A stretch of DNA of 32,000 nucleotides, from positions 1,260,001 through 1,292,000 of the forward strand of contig NZ_CP089976.1 in assembly GCF_022701215.1 (NCBI RefSeq), in the 5' to 3' direction. The notes under the pieces were generated by a model, which was not told the origin of the DNA, searched no databases, and was given only the letters and a program-made list of their open reading frames with translations. The stretch comes from Moraxella nasovis. GTDB taxonomy: Bacteria > Pseudomonadota > Gammaproteobacteria > Pseudomonadales > Moraxellaceae. Position numbers and translations under genes: made by a program. Of the stretch, positions 19,148 to 27,493 are shown one piece after another; within the stretch, counting starts at the first letter, position 1; each line of letters opens with the position of its first letter.

Positions 19148-19525
19148 TTACGACAAAGTGGCGATTAATTTTGAGCCAAATTGTCTGGTATTCCAGTTTT
19201 CATCATAATCAAGACCGATTTTATCGGCAATTTCTCTTAATGCCTCTTTGGTGTTGGCATACACTCTAAAACTAGCAACACTGCCATTATCTAATATACG
19301 CACGCAATATTCGCCAAATTGTGCAATGCCGTCTTCGCCATATTCTTTGATAAGTTTGCTACCAAACTGTCTTGTCGTCCAGTTGTCATCATAATCAAAA
19401 CCAACTTCTTGTGAAATGGCTCGCAAACTTGCAATGACATTGTCATATTCTTTTAATACACTAATACTGCCGTTTTCATGTTGCGAAACAAGATATTCGC
19501 CATAAGCGACTGATTTTACTGCCAT
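19148..19525 (-). CDS. Small cytoplasmic protein made of two tandem copies of a ~55-aa domain, unknown function
   Basis: The product is 125 aa when read from ATG 19525, which has SD aggag 7 nt upstream. The tracked ORF extends 34 codons further upstream without an SD. The two copies share GEY..NGS..LR.I...G.DYD.NW.TRQFGSKLI. Confidence 0.68.
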   Translation of the reverse strand: MAVKSVAYGEYLVSQHENGSISVLKEYDNVIASLRAISQEVGFDYDDNWTTRQFGSKLIKEYGEDGIAQFGEYCVRILDNGSVASFRVYANTKEALREIADKIGLDYDENWNTRQFGSKLIATLS

Positions 19526-19622
19526 AATACTCACTCCTATAAATAAATATTTGCTTTGGTTGTTTTTTAGCTTAGGAAAGCAAAGATTTTGCAATCCAAT
19601 CAAAAACAATAAGACACCACCA

Positions 19623-19643
19623 AACATTAAAAATGTTAACGTT
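19623..19643. promoter_or_regulatory. Cluster of AAC(A/G)TT half-sites (AACATT-aaa-AATGTT-AACGTT), candidate operator
   Basis: This inverted repeat was read directly from the divergent intergenic region between the cassette and the XRE gene. Confidence 0.3.
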
Positions 19644-19660
19644 TGTAATTTTAAAATACA

Positions 19661-19677
19661 TCATTTATAATAAATGA
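19661..19677. promoter_or_regulatory. Perfect 17-bp palindrome TCATTTAT-A-ATAAATGA overlapping a TATAAT hexamer, candidate XRE operator
   Basis: The palindrome has 8-bp perfect arms and lies about 80 nt upstream of the XRE start. An extended -10-like TGTAGAAT follows at 19685-19692. Confidence 0.4.
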
Positions 19678-19755
19678 TTATTATGTAGAATCCACCAACA
19701 AATCCGACTTTTTACACCCACTTTTTCATCATCCTACCCACAAAAAAGGGACTTT

Positions 19756-20121
19756 ATGGACATCACCAAAAATCTTGCCAACCTTAGAAAAGAACATCAT
19801 CTTACTCAAGAACAAATGGCGGAAAAATTACAAATGTCTAAAAATGGTTATGCCAAATTAGAGCGTGGTGAAAGTAGGGTTACCATTGAACATTTGTTTA
19901 AAATTGCCCAAGAATTTAACATAGATGCCAGTGAATTATTAAAAGAGCATAAAGACATAAATTTTTTATTGGGTGATAATAATACAAATTATGCCAACCG
20001 CTATTATGGCGAGACAACCATACAAATAGAAAAACTAGAACTCATCATCGCCCACAAGGACGAGCTGCTTGCTCAAAAAGACAAAGAAATCACTCTGCTA
20101 CGACAACTGCTGGATAAATAA
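19756..20121 (+). CDS. XRE-family (HTH_3) transcriptional regulator with a C-terminal coiled-coil
   Basis: The 121-aa product has LRKEHHLTQEQMAEKLQMSKNGYAKLERGESRVTIEHLFKIAQEFNI, a canonical Cro/CI-type HTH. Its C-terminal heptad-like segment is IEKLELIIAHKDELLAQKDKEITLLRQLL. It is divergent from the minus-strand cassette. Confidence 0.85.
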   Translation: MDITKNLANLRKEHHLTQEQMAEKLQMSKNGYAKLERGESRVTIEHLFKIAQEFNIDASELLKEHKDINFLLGDNNTNYANRYYGETTIQIEKLELIIAHKDELLAQKDKEITLLRQLLDK

Positions 20122-20175
20122 ATTTACCTTTGGGGCTTTTATTGATAAAATGCATTTTTATCTTGATAAATGCCC

Positions 20176-20677
20176 ATGAAAACCCTAGCAATCCTAGGCG
20201 GTATGAGCCACCAAAGCACCGCCATTTATTATAACCAAATCAATGACTTAGTCCACAATCCCTAGGGGCAAATCATTCAGCACGCCTGCTTGTACTGAGT
20301 GTGGATTTTGAGACGATTGCCAATTTGCAGCGACTTGACGATTGGCAGACCATGGGCAGCTGCTTGCTTACGATGCCAAAACCTTAGAGCAGGCAGGGGC
20401 AGACGGCATACTACTTGCCACCAATACCATGCACAAAGTCGCCCATAAGATACAGTCTGCCATCAGCATTCCATTTTTGCATTTATTGCAAGCCACAGCC
20501 CTACAACTAAGCACGCATGGCATCACCAAAGTAGGATTGCTTGGCACACGTTTTACCATGTCGGACGGCTTCTATCAGGCATATATGGCGGATTTTGGGA
20601 TTGATGTGATTACCCCCAATGCCGACACACAAGACGAAATTCATCGCATTATTTTTGATGAATTGTGCTTGGCATAA
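20176..20677 (+). pseudogene. Aspartate/glutamate racemase family (YgeA-like) pseudogene
   Basis: MKTLAILGGMSHQSTAIYYNQIN... runs into a stop. Homology continues in a second frame (LGANHSARLLVLSVDFETI...) and then a third (LLATNTMHKVAHKIQSAISIPFLHL...GLLGTRFTM...IIFDELCL). This means at least 2 frameshifts. The last ~70 aa expected from my memory of E. coli YgeA are missing. Confidence 0.75.
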
Positions 20678-20719
20678 TCAAGTTTTGCGTAGATTATCTT
20701 GATTTTAAATCATCTAAAA

Positions 20720-22303
20720 TCAATGCTCTCGGGTCGATCTAAACTCTACTTCAGGATATCTTTCTTGCATAAGCTGTAAATTGACACGGCTTGGAGCAAG
20801 ATAAGTCAGATAGCCACCGCCATCTACTGACAGCTGATCGTGGGCTTTTTTCTTAAATTTCTCAAATGCCACTTTATCATCACAATGCACCCATCGTACG
20901 GTGGCAATACTCACAGGCTCAAAGGTGCATTGTACTTTATATTCTTCTTTTAGGCGATGAGCCACCACTTCAAACTGAAGCACGCCTACCGCTCCTAAGA
21001 TTAAATCGTTATTAATTTGGGGCATAAATACTTGAGTTGCCCCTTCTTCAGACAGTTGCTGTAGACCTTTTTGTAGTGCTTTAGATTTTAGTGGATCTTT
21101 TAGCACCACACGGCGAAATAATTCAGGGGCAAAGTGGGGAATGCCTGTAAAATTTAAGGTTTCGCCACTTGTAAAACTATCACCAATCTGAATGGTACCA
21201 TGGTTATGTAAGCCAATGATATCGCCTGCATACGCCTCTTCTAGGGCTTCACGATCACCTGCTAAGAAGGTTAAGGCATCTGAAATTCGCACCTCTTTGC
21301 CGATACGAACGTGGTTCATTTTCATGCCTTTTTCGTATTTACCACTGCATACACGCATAAAGGCAATGCGATCTCGGTGTCGTGGATCCATGTTGGCTTG
21401 GATCTTAAATACAAACCCTGAAAATTCAGGCTCGTCTGCCTTGACGGTGCGTTCTATTGCTGTGTGATCTTTGGGTGGCGGTGCGTATTGGGTTAAGATA
21501 TCTAAAATCATATTAACACCAAAGTTGCCAAGTGCTGTACCAAACAGTACAGGCGTTTGTCTGCCTGCTAAAAACTCACTTTCGTCCCAGTCTTCATGAG
21601 CCATTTGTACCAATTCTAGGCTTTCTTCAAACTGTTTAAAGGCAAGCTCACCAATTTTTTGGCGAATGTCTGGATAGTCATAGCCGTCACGACTCTCAAT
21701 CTCGACGATTTCTGTACCATGCCCTTTTTTATATAGGTAGGTTTTATTATCTACTAGATGATACACACCAGCAAAATCTTGACCCATGCCAATCGGCAAA
21801 GTAAACGGAATGCATTGAATATTAAGCACTTTCTCGATTTCGTCTAACAGCTCTAAGGGGTCTTTAATCTCTCGGTCTAGTTTGTTCACAAAAGAGATGA
21901 TGGGCGTATCACGCATACGACACACTTCCATCAGTTTAATCGTACGTTCTTCTACGCCTTTAGCACCATCAATTACCATCAGGGCAGAATCCACAGCAGT
22001 CAGCGTGCGATAAGTATCTTCAGAGAAGTCAGCATGACCTGGGGTGTCAAGTAAGTTTACCATATGGTCGGCATATGGAAACTGCATGACGGATGTAGTA
22101 ATGGAGATGCCACGTTCTTGCTCCATACTCATCCAGTCGGATGTGGCGTGTTTGTCGGTTTTGCGAGATTTTACTTCGCCTGCCGTTTGGATTACCTGCC
22201 CCCACAGTAGCAATTTTTCAGTCATGGTTGTTTTACCAGCATCAGGGTGACTAATGATGGCGAATGTGCGGCGTTTGTTAATTTGGTTTTGTAGGTCGGT
22301 CAT
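20720..22303 (-). CDS. prfC: Peptide chain release factor 3
   Basis: The 527-aa product was read from ATG 22303 ([26 protein letters not shown]). It has the GTPase motifs G1 AGKT, DTPGH and NKLD. The tracked ORF has a 26-codon upstream extension that I reject. Confidence 0.95.
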   Translation of the reverse strand: MTDLQNQINKRRTFAIISHPDAGKTTMTEKLLLWGQVIQTAGEVKSRKTDKHATSDWMSMEQERGISITTSVMQFPYADHMVNLLDTPGHADFSEDTYRTLTAVDSALMVIDGAKGVEERTIKLMEVCRMRDTPIISFVNKLDREIKDPLELLDEIEKVLNIQCIPFTLPIGMGQDFAGVYHLVDNKTYLYKKGHGTEIVEIESRDGYDYPDIRQKIGELAFKQFEESLELVQMAHEDWDESEFLAGRQTPVLFGTALGNFGVNMILDILTQYAPPPKDHTAIERTVKADEPEFSGFVFKIQANMDPRHRDRIAFMRVCSGKYEKGMKMNHVRIGKEVRISDALTFLAGDREALEEAYAGDIIGLHNHGTIQIGDSFTSGETLNFTGIPHFAPELFRRVVLKDPLKSKALQKGLQQLSEEGATQVFMPQINNDLILGAVGVLQFEVVAHRLKEEYKVQCTFEPVSIATVRWVHCDDKVAFEKFKKKAHDQLSVDGGGYLTYLAPSRVNLQLMQERYPEVEFRSTREH

Positions 22304-22371
22304 AGTTGTGATTACGTTTAAAATTTGACATATTATAAGGCTTTGAGATGAAAAAGGCGAATTTTTGGCAT

Positions 22372-22401
22372 AAAAAAGCACTCAAAAAAGAGTGCTTTTT
22401 A
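22372..22401 (-). terminator. Rho-independent terminator after the 340-aa membrane protein gene
   Basis: The sequence aaaaagcactc-aaaaaa-gagtgcttttt is symmetric, so it could work in either direction. On the minus strand it is followed by a T-tract. Confidence 0.6.
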
Positions 22402-22421
22402 TTTTAGTTGGCTCAGCTAGA

Positions 22422-23444
22422 TTAACGCAGTCTGCGGTAGTTAGCAGCAGCAGAACGAGCACCTGCAATACTTGCGATGAACGTTAGTAGTGCACTGATT
22501 AGCCAGAATAGACCGCCGTATAATGCTGCTTTACGAGCATGATCTTCAGCTTGTGCTAGACCTTGTTCGATGTCTTGACGAGTTTCTTCGATGGTTTTCT
22601 CAGTTTTTGCTTTGTACTCTTGGTAAGTTTGAGTGGCTTCGGTACGCACTTGTTCAGCTTGAGCACGGCTTAAGCCTTGAGCTTGTAGACGGTTGATGAA
22701 CTCATCGCTTGCTAGTACGCCTTCAATGTGAGCCATGCGTGCTTTTGCATGTTCGTCTAGGTTTTTCCAAGTGTCAATGCTTGTAAAATCAAGTGATTGC
22801 ACTTCTTCTTTGGTGTCTTTTAGTAGGTTTTGAACTACAGTAGCGGTTGCACTGATTTGAGCTTGGTCGATACCGTCTAGGTTTTTTGCTAGAATGGCTT
22901 CGATGTCTTCACGGCTAACATCGCCTTTCACGCTTTCGTAAGCTGTGCGTGCTTTATTAGCAATTTCGCTGTTTGCCAATAGGCCAGAGGCTGCAGCACC
23001 TGTACCTGCAGCAGATGCCGCAGCACCTGTTACGCTGCTTACTGCACTGCCTGCACCGCTTGCTATGCTACCTACTGCATTACCTGCACCACGCACGATG
23101 CTAGTCGCACCACTCATGGCAAAGTAGCTCGTTGCTACGATGATAACCGCTGCTGTTAATACACCTGTTAGTGTTGCATCTTTTGGGTGAATGGCAGTGC
23201 CATCACCTAAGATGGATTCAGGGGCAGATGCTTTAACGGCAAAATAACCTGCCACAAAAGCACTTAATAATGCTGTGATAATGGTATAAATACCTGCTGT
23301 AATGCCTGCACCTTGTAGATCTAACGACAAGAAAGAACCAAGAACCAGTGCCAATGCTGCCATCGCAATGATCACAACAAGACCCATTAAAAGACCGGCA
23401 AAAATGCCACGCCATGAAGGTCTGGTCATAGAGATTACTGCCAT
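22422..23444 (-). CDS. Membrane protein with an N-terminal helix bundle, a Gly/Ala/Ser low-complexity segment, a charged helical domain and a C-terminal TM helix (unknown function)
   Basis: The 340-aa product has about 3-4 N-terminal TM helices. Next come GAGNAVGSIASGAGSAVSSVTGAAASAAGTGAAASG, a helical region of about 150 aa rich in E/Q/K/A, and a final TM helix LYGGLFWLISALLTFIASIAG. An SD (aggag) is present. Confidence 0.72.
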   Translation of the reverse strand: MAVISMTRPSWRGIFAGLLMGLVVIIAMAALALVLGSFLSLDLQGAGITAGIYTIITALLSAFVAGYFAVKASAPESILGDGTAIHPKDATLTGVLTAAVIIVATSYFAMSGATSIVRGAGNAVGSIASGAGSAVSSVTGAAASAAGTGAAASGLLANSEIANKARTAYESVKGDVSREDIEAILAKNLDGIDQAQISATATVVQNLLKDTKEEVQSLDFTSIDTWKNLDEHAKARMAHIEGVLASDEFINRLQAQGLSRAQAEQVRTEATQTYQEYKAKTEKTIEETRQDIEQGLAQAEDHARKAALYGGLFWLISALLTFIASIAGARSAAANYRRLR

Positions 23445-23743
23445 ACAAACTCCTAAATTTTATCTTATGAACTATTAAACTGCTTAAAAACGTGCCAATA
23501 TCGAGCGTTATTTGCTCAATTATTTGTTAATTGGCACAATTAATAGGCAAAATCAGTTAATTATAGCTTAATTAGTTGATTATTTCAGAATTATTTGTGG
23601 TTTATTTGTAATGTTTTGTTAATAAAGCTGTATTTTTAAAGAAACTTTTAGCATGATTTGCGATATAATGTCGTTAAAAATCATAAGATAAATCCCCCTA
23701 TATTTGCTATAATCATGTTAAATTTATCTTTATAGTAAGTACC

Positions 23744-26632
23744 ATGAATAAGCCAATTCCAAATCTCACCAAACTTCCCACCGATCACATTGATAAACAA
23801 AGTGTGCCTGTCGTACTGGTTGATGGTTCGTATTACCTATTTCGCTGCTTTCATGGATTGCCACCTTTATCAAATTCTAAGGGTTTGCCAACCAATGCCA
23901 TTCGTGGCGTGTTAAATGCCCTAAACCGTCTAATGACTCGTTATAATCCCACGCACATTGCTGTCGCTTTTGACACGAAAGCGCCGACTTTTCGTCATGA
24001 ATTATCTACCGACTATAAAGCTCACCGCCCACCGATGGATGATGATTTGCGTGTGCAGATTCCATATATACACCGCATGATTGAGTTAAGCGGTATTGCA
24101 CTTGTGGTGCTTGATGGCTTTGAGGCAGATGATATTATTGGTACGCTTGCTTATACAGCTTGCCAACAGGGACACCCTGTGGTTATTAGCACAGGCGATA
24201 AAGACATGGCACAGCTTGTCAATGATTGCGTTATTTTAGAAGATAGCTTTAAAAGTGTGGTTACAGACACAGCAGGCGTGATAGAGAAGTTTGGTGTATC
24301 GCCAAGCCAAATTATTGACTACTTAACGCTGATGGGTGATGCATCAGATGGTATTGCAGGCATTCCAAAAGTGGGAGCAAAAACAGCAGCAAAATTACTA
24401 ACACAATATGGCGATATTGATGGTATTTTAGCAAATTTAGACCAAATCAAAGGCGTGGTTGGCAAGAATCTAACTGAGCATCAAGCTGACATTCCACTCA
24501 ACAGAACGCTTGCTACCATCGTAACGAACCTAAACTTGCCGATTGGCTTTGATGATATTCGTTTAGATTGTTCATTAGCCGCCCAAAAAAGCCGTGCTCA
24601 AGCTTTATATGAACTTTTTGATGAACTTGAATTTAAAAAAGAAAAAGAGCAAATGGCTCGGATGTTGACAAACGACGAAGTTACTAAGTCGCCCACCCAA
24701 GATTTTATAGGGCAGTCTATTGATGGCTCTTATGATAGTTCTCATAAAGAAAATAGCACTACCGATATCCCAATCGTGCAATCACTGCCAGATAGCCCTG
24801 TGAATTATCAGACCATCACCACCATGTCTGATTTTAAGGCGTTATTACAACAGCTAAATCAAGCCGCATATTTTGCCATCGATACTGAGACGACCAGCGT
24901 AAATTGGCAAGTGGCAGAGCTTGTCGGTATCTCGGTGAGTTTGGCTGATTTTACAGGGTATTACATTCCTGTTGGGCATACCGATGATTTTGGTGTTGTA
25001 TTAAAAGGTCAGCTTGATCGTGATGAAGTACTTCGACTGTTACAGCCTATTTTGGCTAACCCACAGATTGGTAAAATCGGTCAGCACATAAAGTATGATG
25101 CTCATATTTTTGCTAAATATGGTATTGATATTAAAAATTGGCACATGGATACCATGCTGGCAAGCTACGTGATTAACACTGTCGCAACTCGCCATAATAT
25201 GGACGAGTTGGCAAGCTATTATTTGGGTGTAAAAACCACTACATTTGAAGAGGTTGCAGGCAAGGGGGCTAAGCAAGTAAGCTTTGATCGGGTGTCTTTA
25301 AATGTTGCAAGTCACTACGCTGCCGAGGATGCTGATATCACGCACCGATTATTTAGTGTGTTTAGTCGCTATTTAGCACAGGACGATACAGCGTATGAGC
25401 TATTACACCGATTAGAAATTCCCACCGCTCAGATTCTAGCACAGATGGAGCGTGAGGGTGTGCTGATTGATGTGCCGTTTTTAGAGAAGTTGTCTGCAGA
25501 ATTTGATGAGCAAATTATTAAGCTTGAAAAACAGGCACACAGCTTGGCAGATGAAGCCTTTAATGTGGCAAGCCCTAAACAGCTTGGAGAGATTTTATTT
25601 GACAAGCTTGGCATCATGGGGGGTAAAAAAACCAAGACAGGGCAATATTCTACTTCTGAAAGCGTGTTGTCTAAAATCGATCATCCGCTTGTGGATACGG
25701 TGCTAGAACACCGTAGTCTATCGAAACTAAAAAGCACCTATACAGATGCCTTAGCTAGGGTTGCAGATAAAAAAGGGCGTGTGCATACCAGCTACCATCA
25801 GGCATTGACGAGTACAGGTCGCTTGTCATCATCTGAGCCAAATTTACAAAATATCCCTATCCGCACTCCAACAGGTCGCCGTATTCGTGAGGCATTCATC
25901 GCTCCAAAAGGTCGGGTGATTTTAGCAGCAGATTATTCTCAGATTGAGCTTAGGCTGATGGCACATTTTAGTCAGGACGAAGGGCTGATTTATGCCTTTA
26001 ATCACAATTTAGATATCCATACAGCAACTGCAGCTGAGATTATGGGTAAGCAGTTGGCAGAAGTAACACCAACCGCAAGACGTTCAGCGAAGGCGGTGAA
26101 TTTTGGGCTGTTATATGGCATGAGTGCTTTTGGCTTAGCCAAGCAGCTTGGTGTAGGTCGAGAGGTTGCCAATGACTATATCAAGCAGTACTTTGCCCGC
26201 TATCCTGCGATCGGTGAATATATGGAGAAGACCAAAGAGCAAGCTAAATCTTTGGGTTATGTGCAGACGATTTTGGGCAGAAAATTGTACGCACCAGACA
26301 TTCATGCCAAAAACGCAATGATTCGCCAAGGTGCTGAGCGAGCGGTTATTAATGCGCCACTACAAGGGTCGGCAGCTGAGATTATTAAGCTTGCTATGAT
26401 TGCAGTTGATAAGGTATTGCCAAAAGAACATGCTAAGCTACTACTACAAGTGCATGATGAGCTTGTGTTTGAAGTAGATGAAGACAAGGCAGACGAGATT
26501 GGCAACCTAATTAAAAATGCCATGCAAACTGCCTTATCAAAGACTGCCAAGGACTTAGGTTGGAATGTGGATTTTGCTGTGCCATTGGTCGCTGAAATCG
26601 GTGTGGGTGAGAACTGGGAGGCTGCTCACTAG
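23744..26632 (+). CDS. polA: DNA polymerase I
   Basis: The 962-aa product has a 5'-nuclease domain (VLVDGSYYLFRCFH), a 3'-5' exonuclease domain (FAIDTETTS) and polymerase motif A (ILAADYSQIELR). Motif B is RRSAKAVNFGLLYGMS and motif C is LLQVHDELVFE. Confidence 0.98.
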   Translation: MNKPIPNLTKLPTDHIDKQSVPVVLVDGSYYLFRCFHGLPPLSNSKGLPTNAIRGVLNALNRLMTRYNPTHIAVAFDTKAPTFRHELSTDYKAHRPPMDDDLRVQIPYIHRMIELSGIALVVLDGFEADDIIGTLAYTACQQGHPVVISTGDKDMAQLVNDCVILEDSFKSVVTDTAGVIEKFGVSPSQIIDYLTLMGDASDGIAGIPKVGAKTAAKLLTQYGDIDGILANLDQIKGVVGKNLTEHQADIPLNRTLATIVTNLNLPIGFDDIRLDCSLAAQKSRAQALYELFDELEFKKEKEQMARMLTNDEVTKSPTQDFIGQSIDGSYDSSHKENSTTDIPIVQSLPDSPVNYQTITTMSDFKALLQQLNQAAYFAIDTETTSVNWQVAELVGISVSLADFTGYYIPVGHTDDFGVVLKGQLDRDEVLRLLQPILANPQIGKIGQHIKYDAHIFAKYGIDIKNWHMDTMLASYVINTVATRHNMDELASYYLGVKTTTFEEVAGKGAKQVSFDRVSLNVASHYAAEDADITHRLFSVFSRYLAQDDTAYELLHRLEIPTAQILAQMEREGVLIDVPFLEKLSAEFDEQIIKLEKQAHSLADEAFNVASPKQLGEILFDKLGIMGGKKTKTGQYSTSESVLSKIDHPLVDTVLEHRSLSKLKSTYTDALARVADKKGRVHTSYHQALTSTGRLSSSEPNLQNIPIRTPTGRRIREAFIAPKGRVILAADYSQIELRLMAHFSQDEGLIYAFNHNLDIHTATAAEIMGKQLAEVTPTARRSAKAVNFGLLYGMSAFGLAKQLGVGREVANDYIKQYFARYPAIGEYMEKTKEQAKSLGYVQTILGRKLYAPDIHAKNAMIRQGAERAVINAPLQGSAAEIIKLAMIAVDKVLPKEHAKLLLQVHDELVFEVDEDKADEIGNLIKNAMQTALSKTAKDLGWNVDFAVPLVAEIGVGENWEAAH

Positions 26633-26650
26633 GGTGATAGCCGAGAAGAT

Positions 26651-26680
26651 AAAGCAGAATATAAAGAGTTGCTCTGCTTT
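26651..26680 (+). terminator. Possible terminator hairpin after polA
   Basis: The stem aaagcaga ... tctgcttt is 8 bp with a large 14-nt loop and a weak T-tract. Confidence 0.3.
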
Positions 26681-26781
26681 AGTTGATGAATGATCGCTGG
26701 AAATGATATATTTCATCAAATAAAATAATCCAGTAAAAACAATAAGTTACATAAATATTTAAAAATTTATTAAAAAAGTGC

Positions 26782-26809
26782 TTGCACCGCTTAGAAAATA
26801 TGTTATTAT
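26782..26809 (+). promoter_or_regulatory. Candidate strong promoter of the tRNA operon
   Basis: The sequence reads TTGCAC-N16-TATTAT. It has an AT-rich UP-like tract upstream and a GC-rich discriminator (acgcacc) downstream. It lies about 25 nt before tRNA-Thr. Confidence 0.5.
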
Positions 26810-26831
26810 ACGCACCACTTAGGAACACACC

Positions 26832-26907
<76 letters not shown>

Positions 26908-26989
26908 TTCCTAAGAACTCATTCGGTAAAGCCCATCTCTTGGGCTTAATCTTTTAAAAGACCATTAAAAGATATGCCGTATCAAATCA

Positions 26990-27073
26990 GGTGGGGTTGG
27001 GGAGCGGTCAAACCCAACAGACTGTAACTCTGTCGCGAAAGCTTCGAAGGTTCGAATCCTTCCCCCACCACCA
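26990..27073 (+). tRNA. tyrU: tRNA-Tyr (anticodon GUA), class II with a long variable arm
   Basis: The 84-nt sequence is near-identical in its acceptor and T-arm to my memory of E. coli tRNA-Tyr (GGTGGGG...GAAGGTTCGAATCCTTCCCCCACCACCA). The anticodon loop is cuGUAac. Confidence 0.92.
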
Positions 27074-27092
27074 TTTTTCTATCAGACACACT

Positions 27093-27166
27093 GCGGGTGT
27101 GGTTTAGTGGTAGAACCTCAGCCTTCCAAGCTGATGGTGCGGGTTCGATTCCCGCCACCCGCTCCA
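27093..27166 (+). tRNA. glyT: tRNA-Gly (anticodon UCC)
   Basis: The 74-nt sequence has acceptor GCGGGTG/CACCCGC, anticodon loop cuUCCaa and an encoded CCA. Confidence 0.92.
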
Positions 27167-27169
27167 TAT

Positions 27170-27244
<75 letters not shown>

Positions 27245-27252
27245 TATTTAAT

Positions 27253-27288
27253 CCCTTGAAATGCATTAGTTTCAAGGGGTTTTGATTT
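27253..27288 (+). terminator. Rho-independent terminator after the tRNA operon
   Basis: The sequence cccttgaaa-tgcattag-tttcaaggg is followed by gttttgattt. Confidence 0.6.
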
Positions 27289-27493
27289 ATTAGCAGTAAA
27301 TTCTTGTTAAAATTAAACTTGTTGTTTTACGCATTTTTCGCATAAAATACGCAAAAACTGTAAAATTTACGCCAAGATTGCGATTAAAATCTCTTTATGT
27401 ATTTATAAGATTGTCAGCATAGGTTGTGCTGTCTGTGGTATATTATCTTTTTATATGAGCCAATCATAAAAAAGAAGCTATAAGAAAAAAGAA

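Noticed and set aside
19526-19627. The first cassette gene has a 34-codon N-terminal extension in the track (MFGGVLLFLIGLQNL...).
   Set aside because: There is no SD at 19627, whereas ATG 19525 has aggag 7 nt upstream. The extension would add a hydrophobic segment unrelated to the duplicated domain. This call is not fully certain.
20342-20677. The 111-aa ORF could be read as an intact small gene.
   Set aside because: It is the third frame segment of a racemase-family gene whose N-terminal parts lie upstream in two other frames. It is called as a pseudogene instead. The antisense ORF at 20368-20559 is also rejected.
22304-22381. The prfC ORF has a 26-codon upstream extension in the track.
   Set aside because: RF3 proteins start close to the G1 motif. 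[26 protein letters not shown] at 22303 fits, and the extension runs into the upstream terminator.
24640-24830. A longer, Ser/Thr/Asp-rich linker joins the 5'-nuclease and 3'-5' exonuclease domains of Pol I.
   Set aside because: The total length is only modestly longer than my memory of E. coli Pol I (962 vs about 928 aa). Inter-domain linkers are variable, and there is no sign of an inserted domain or intein.
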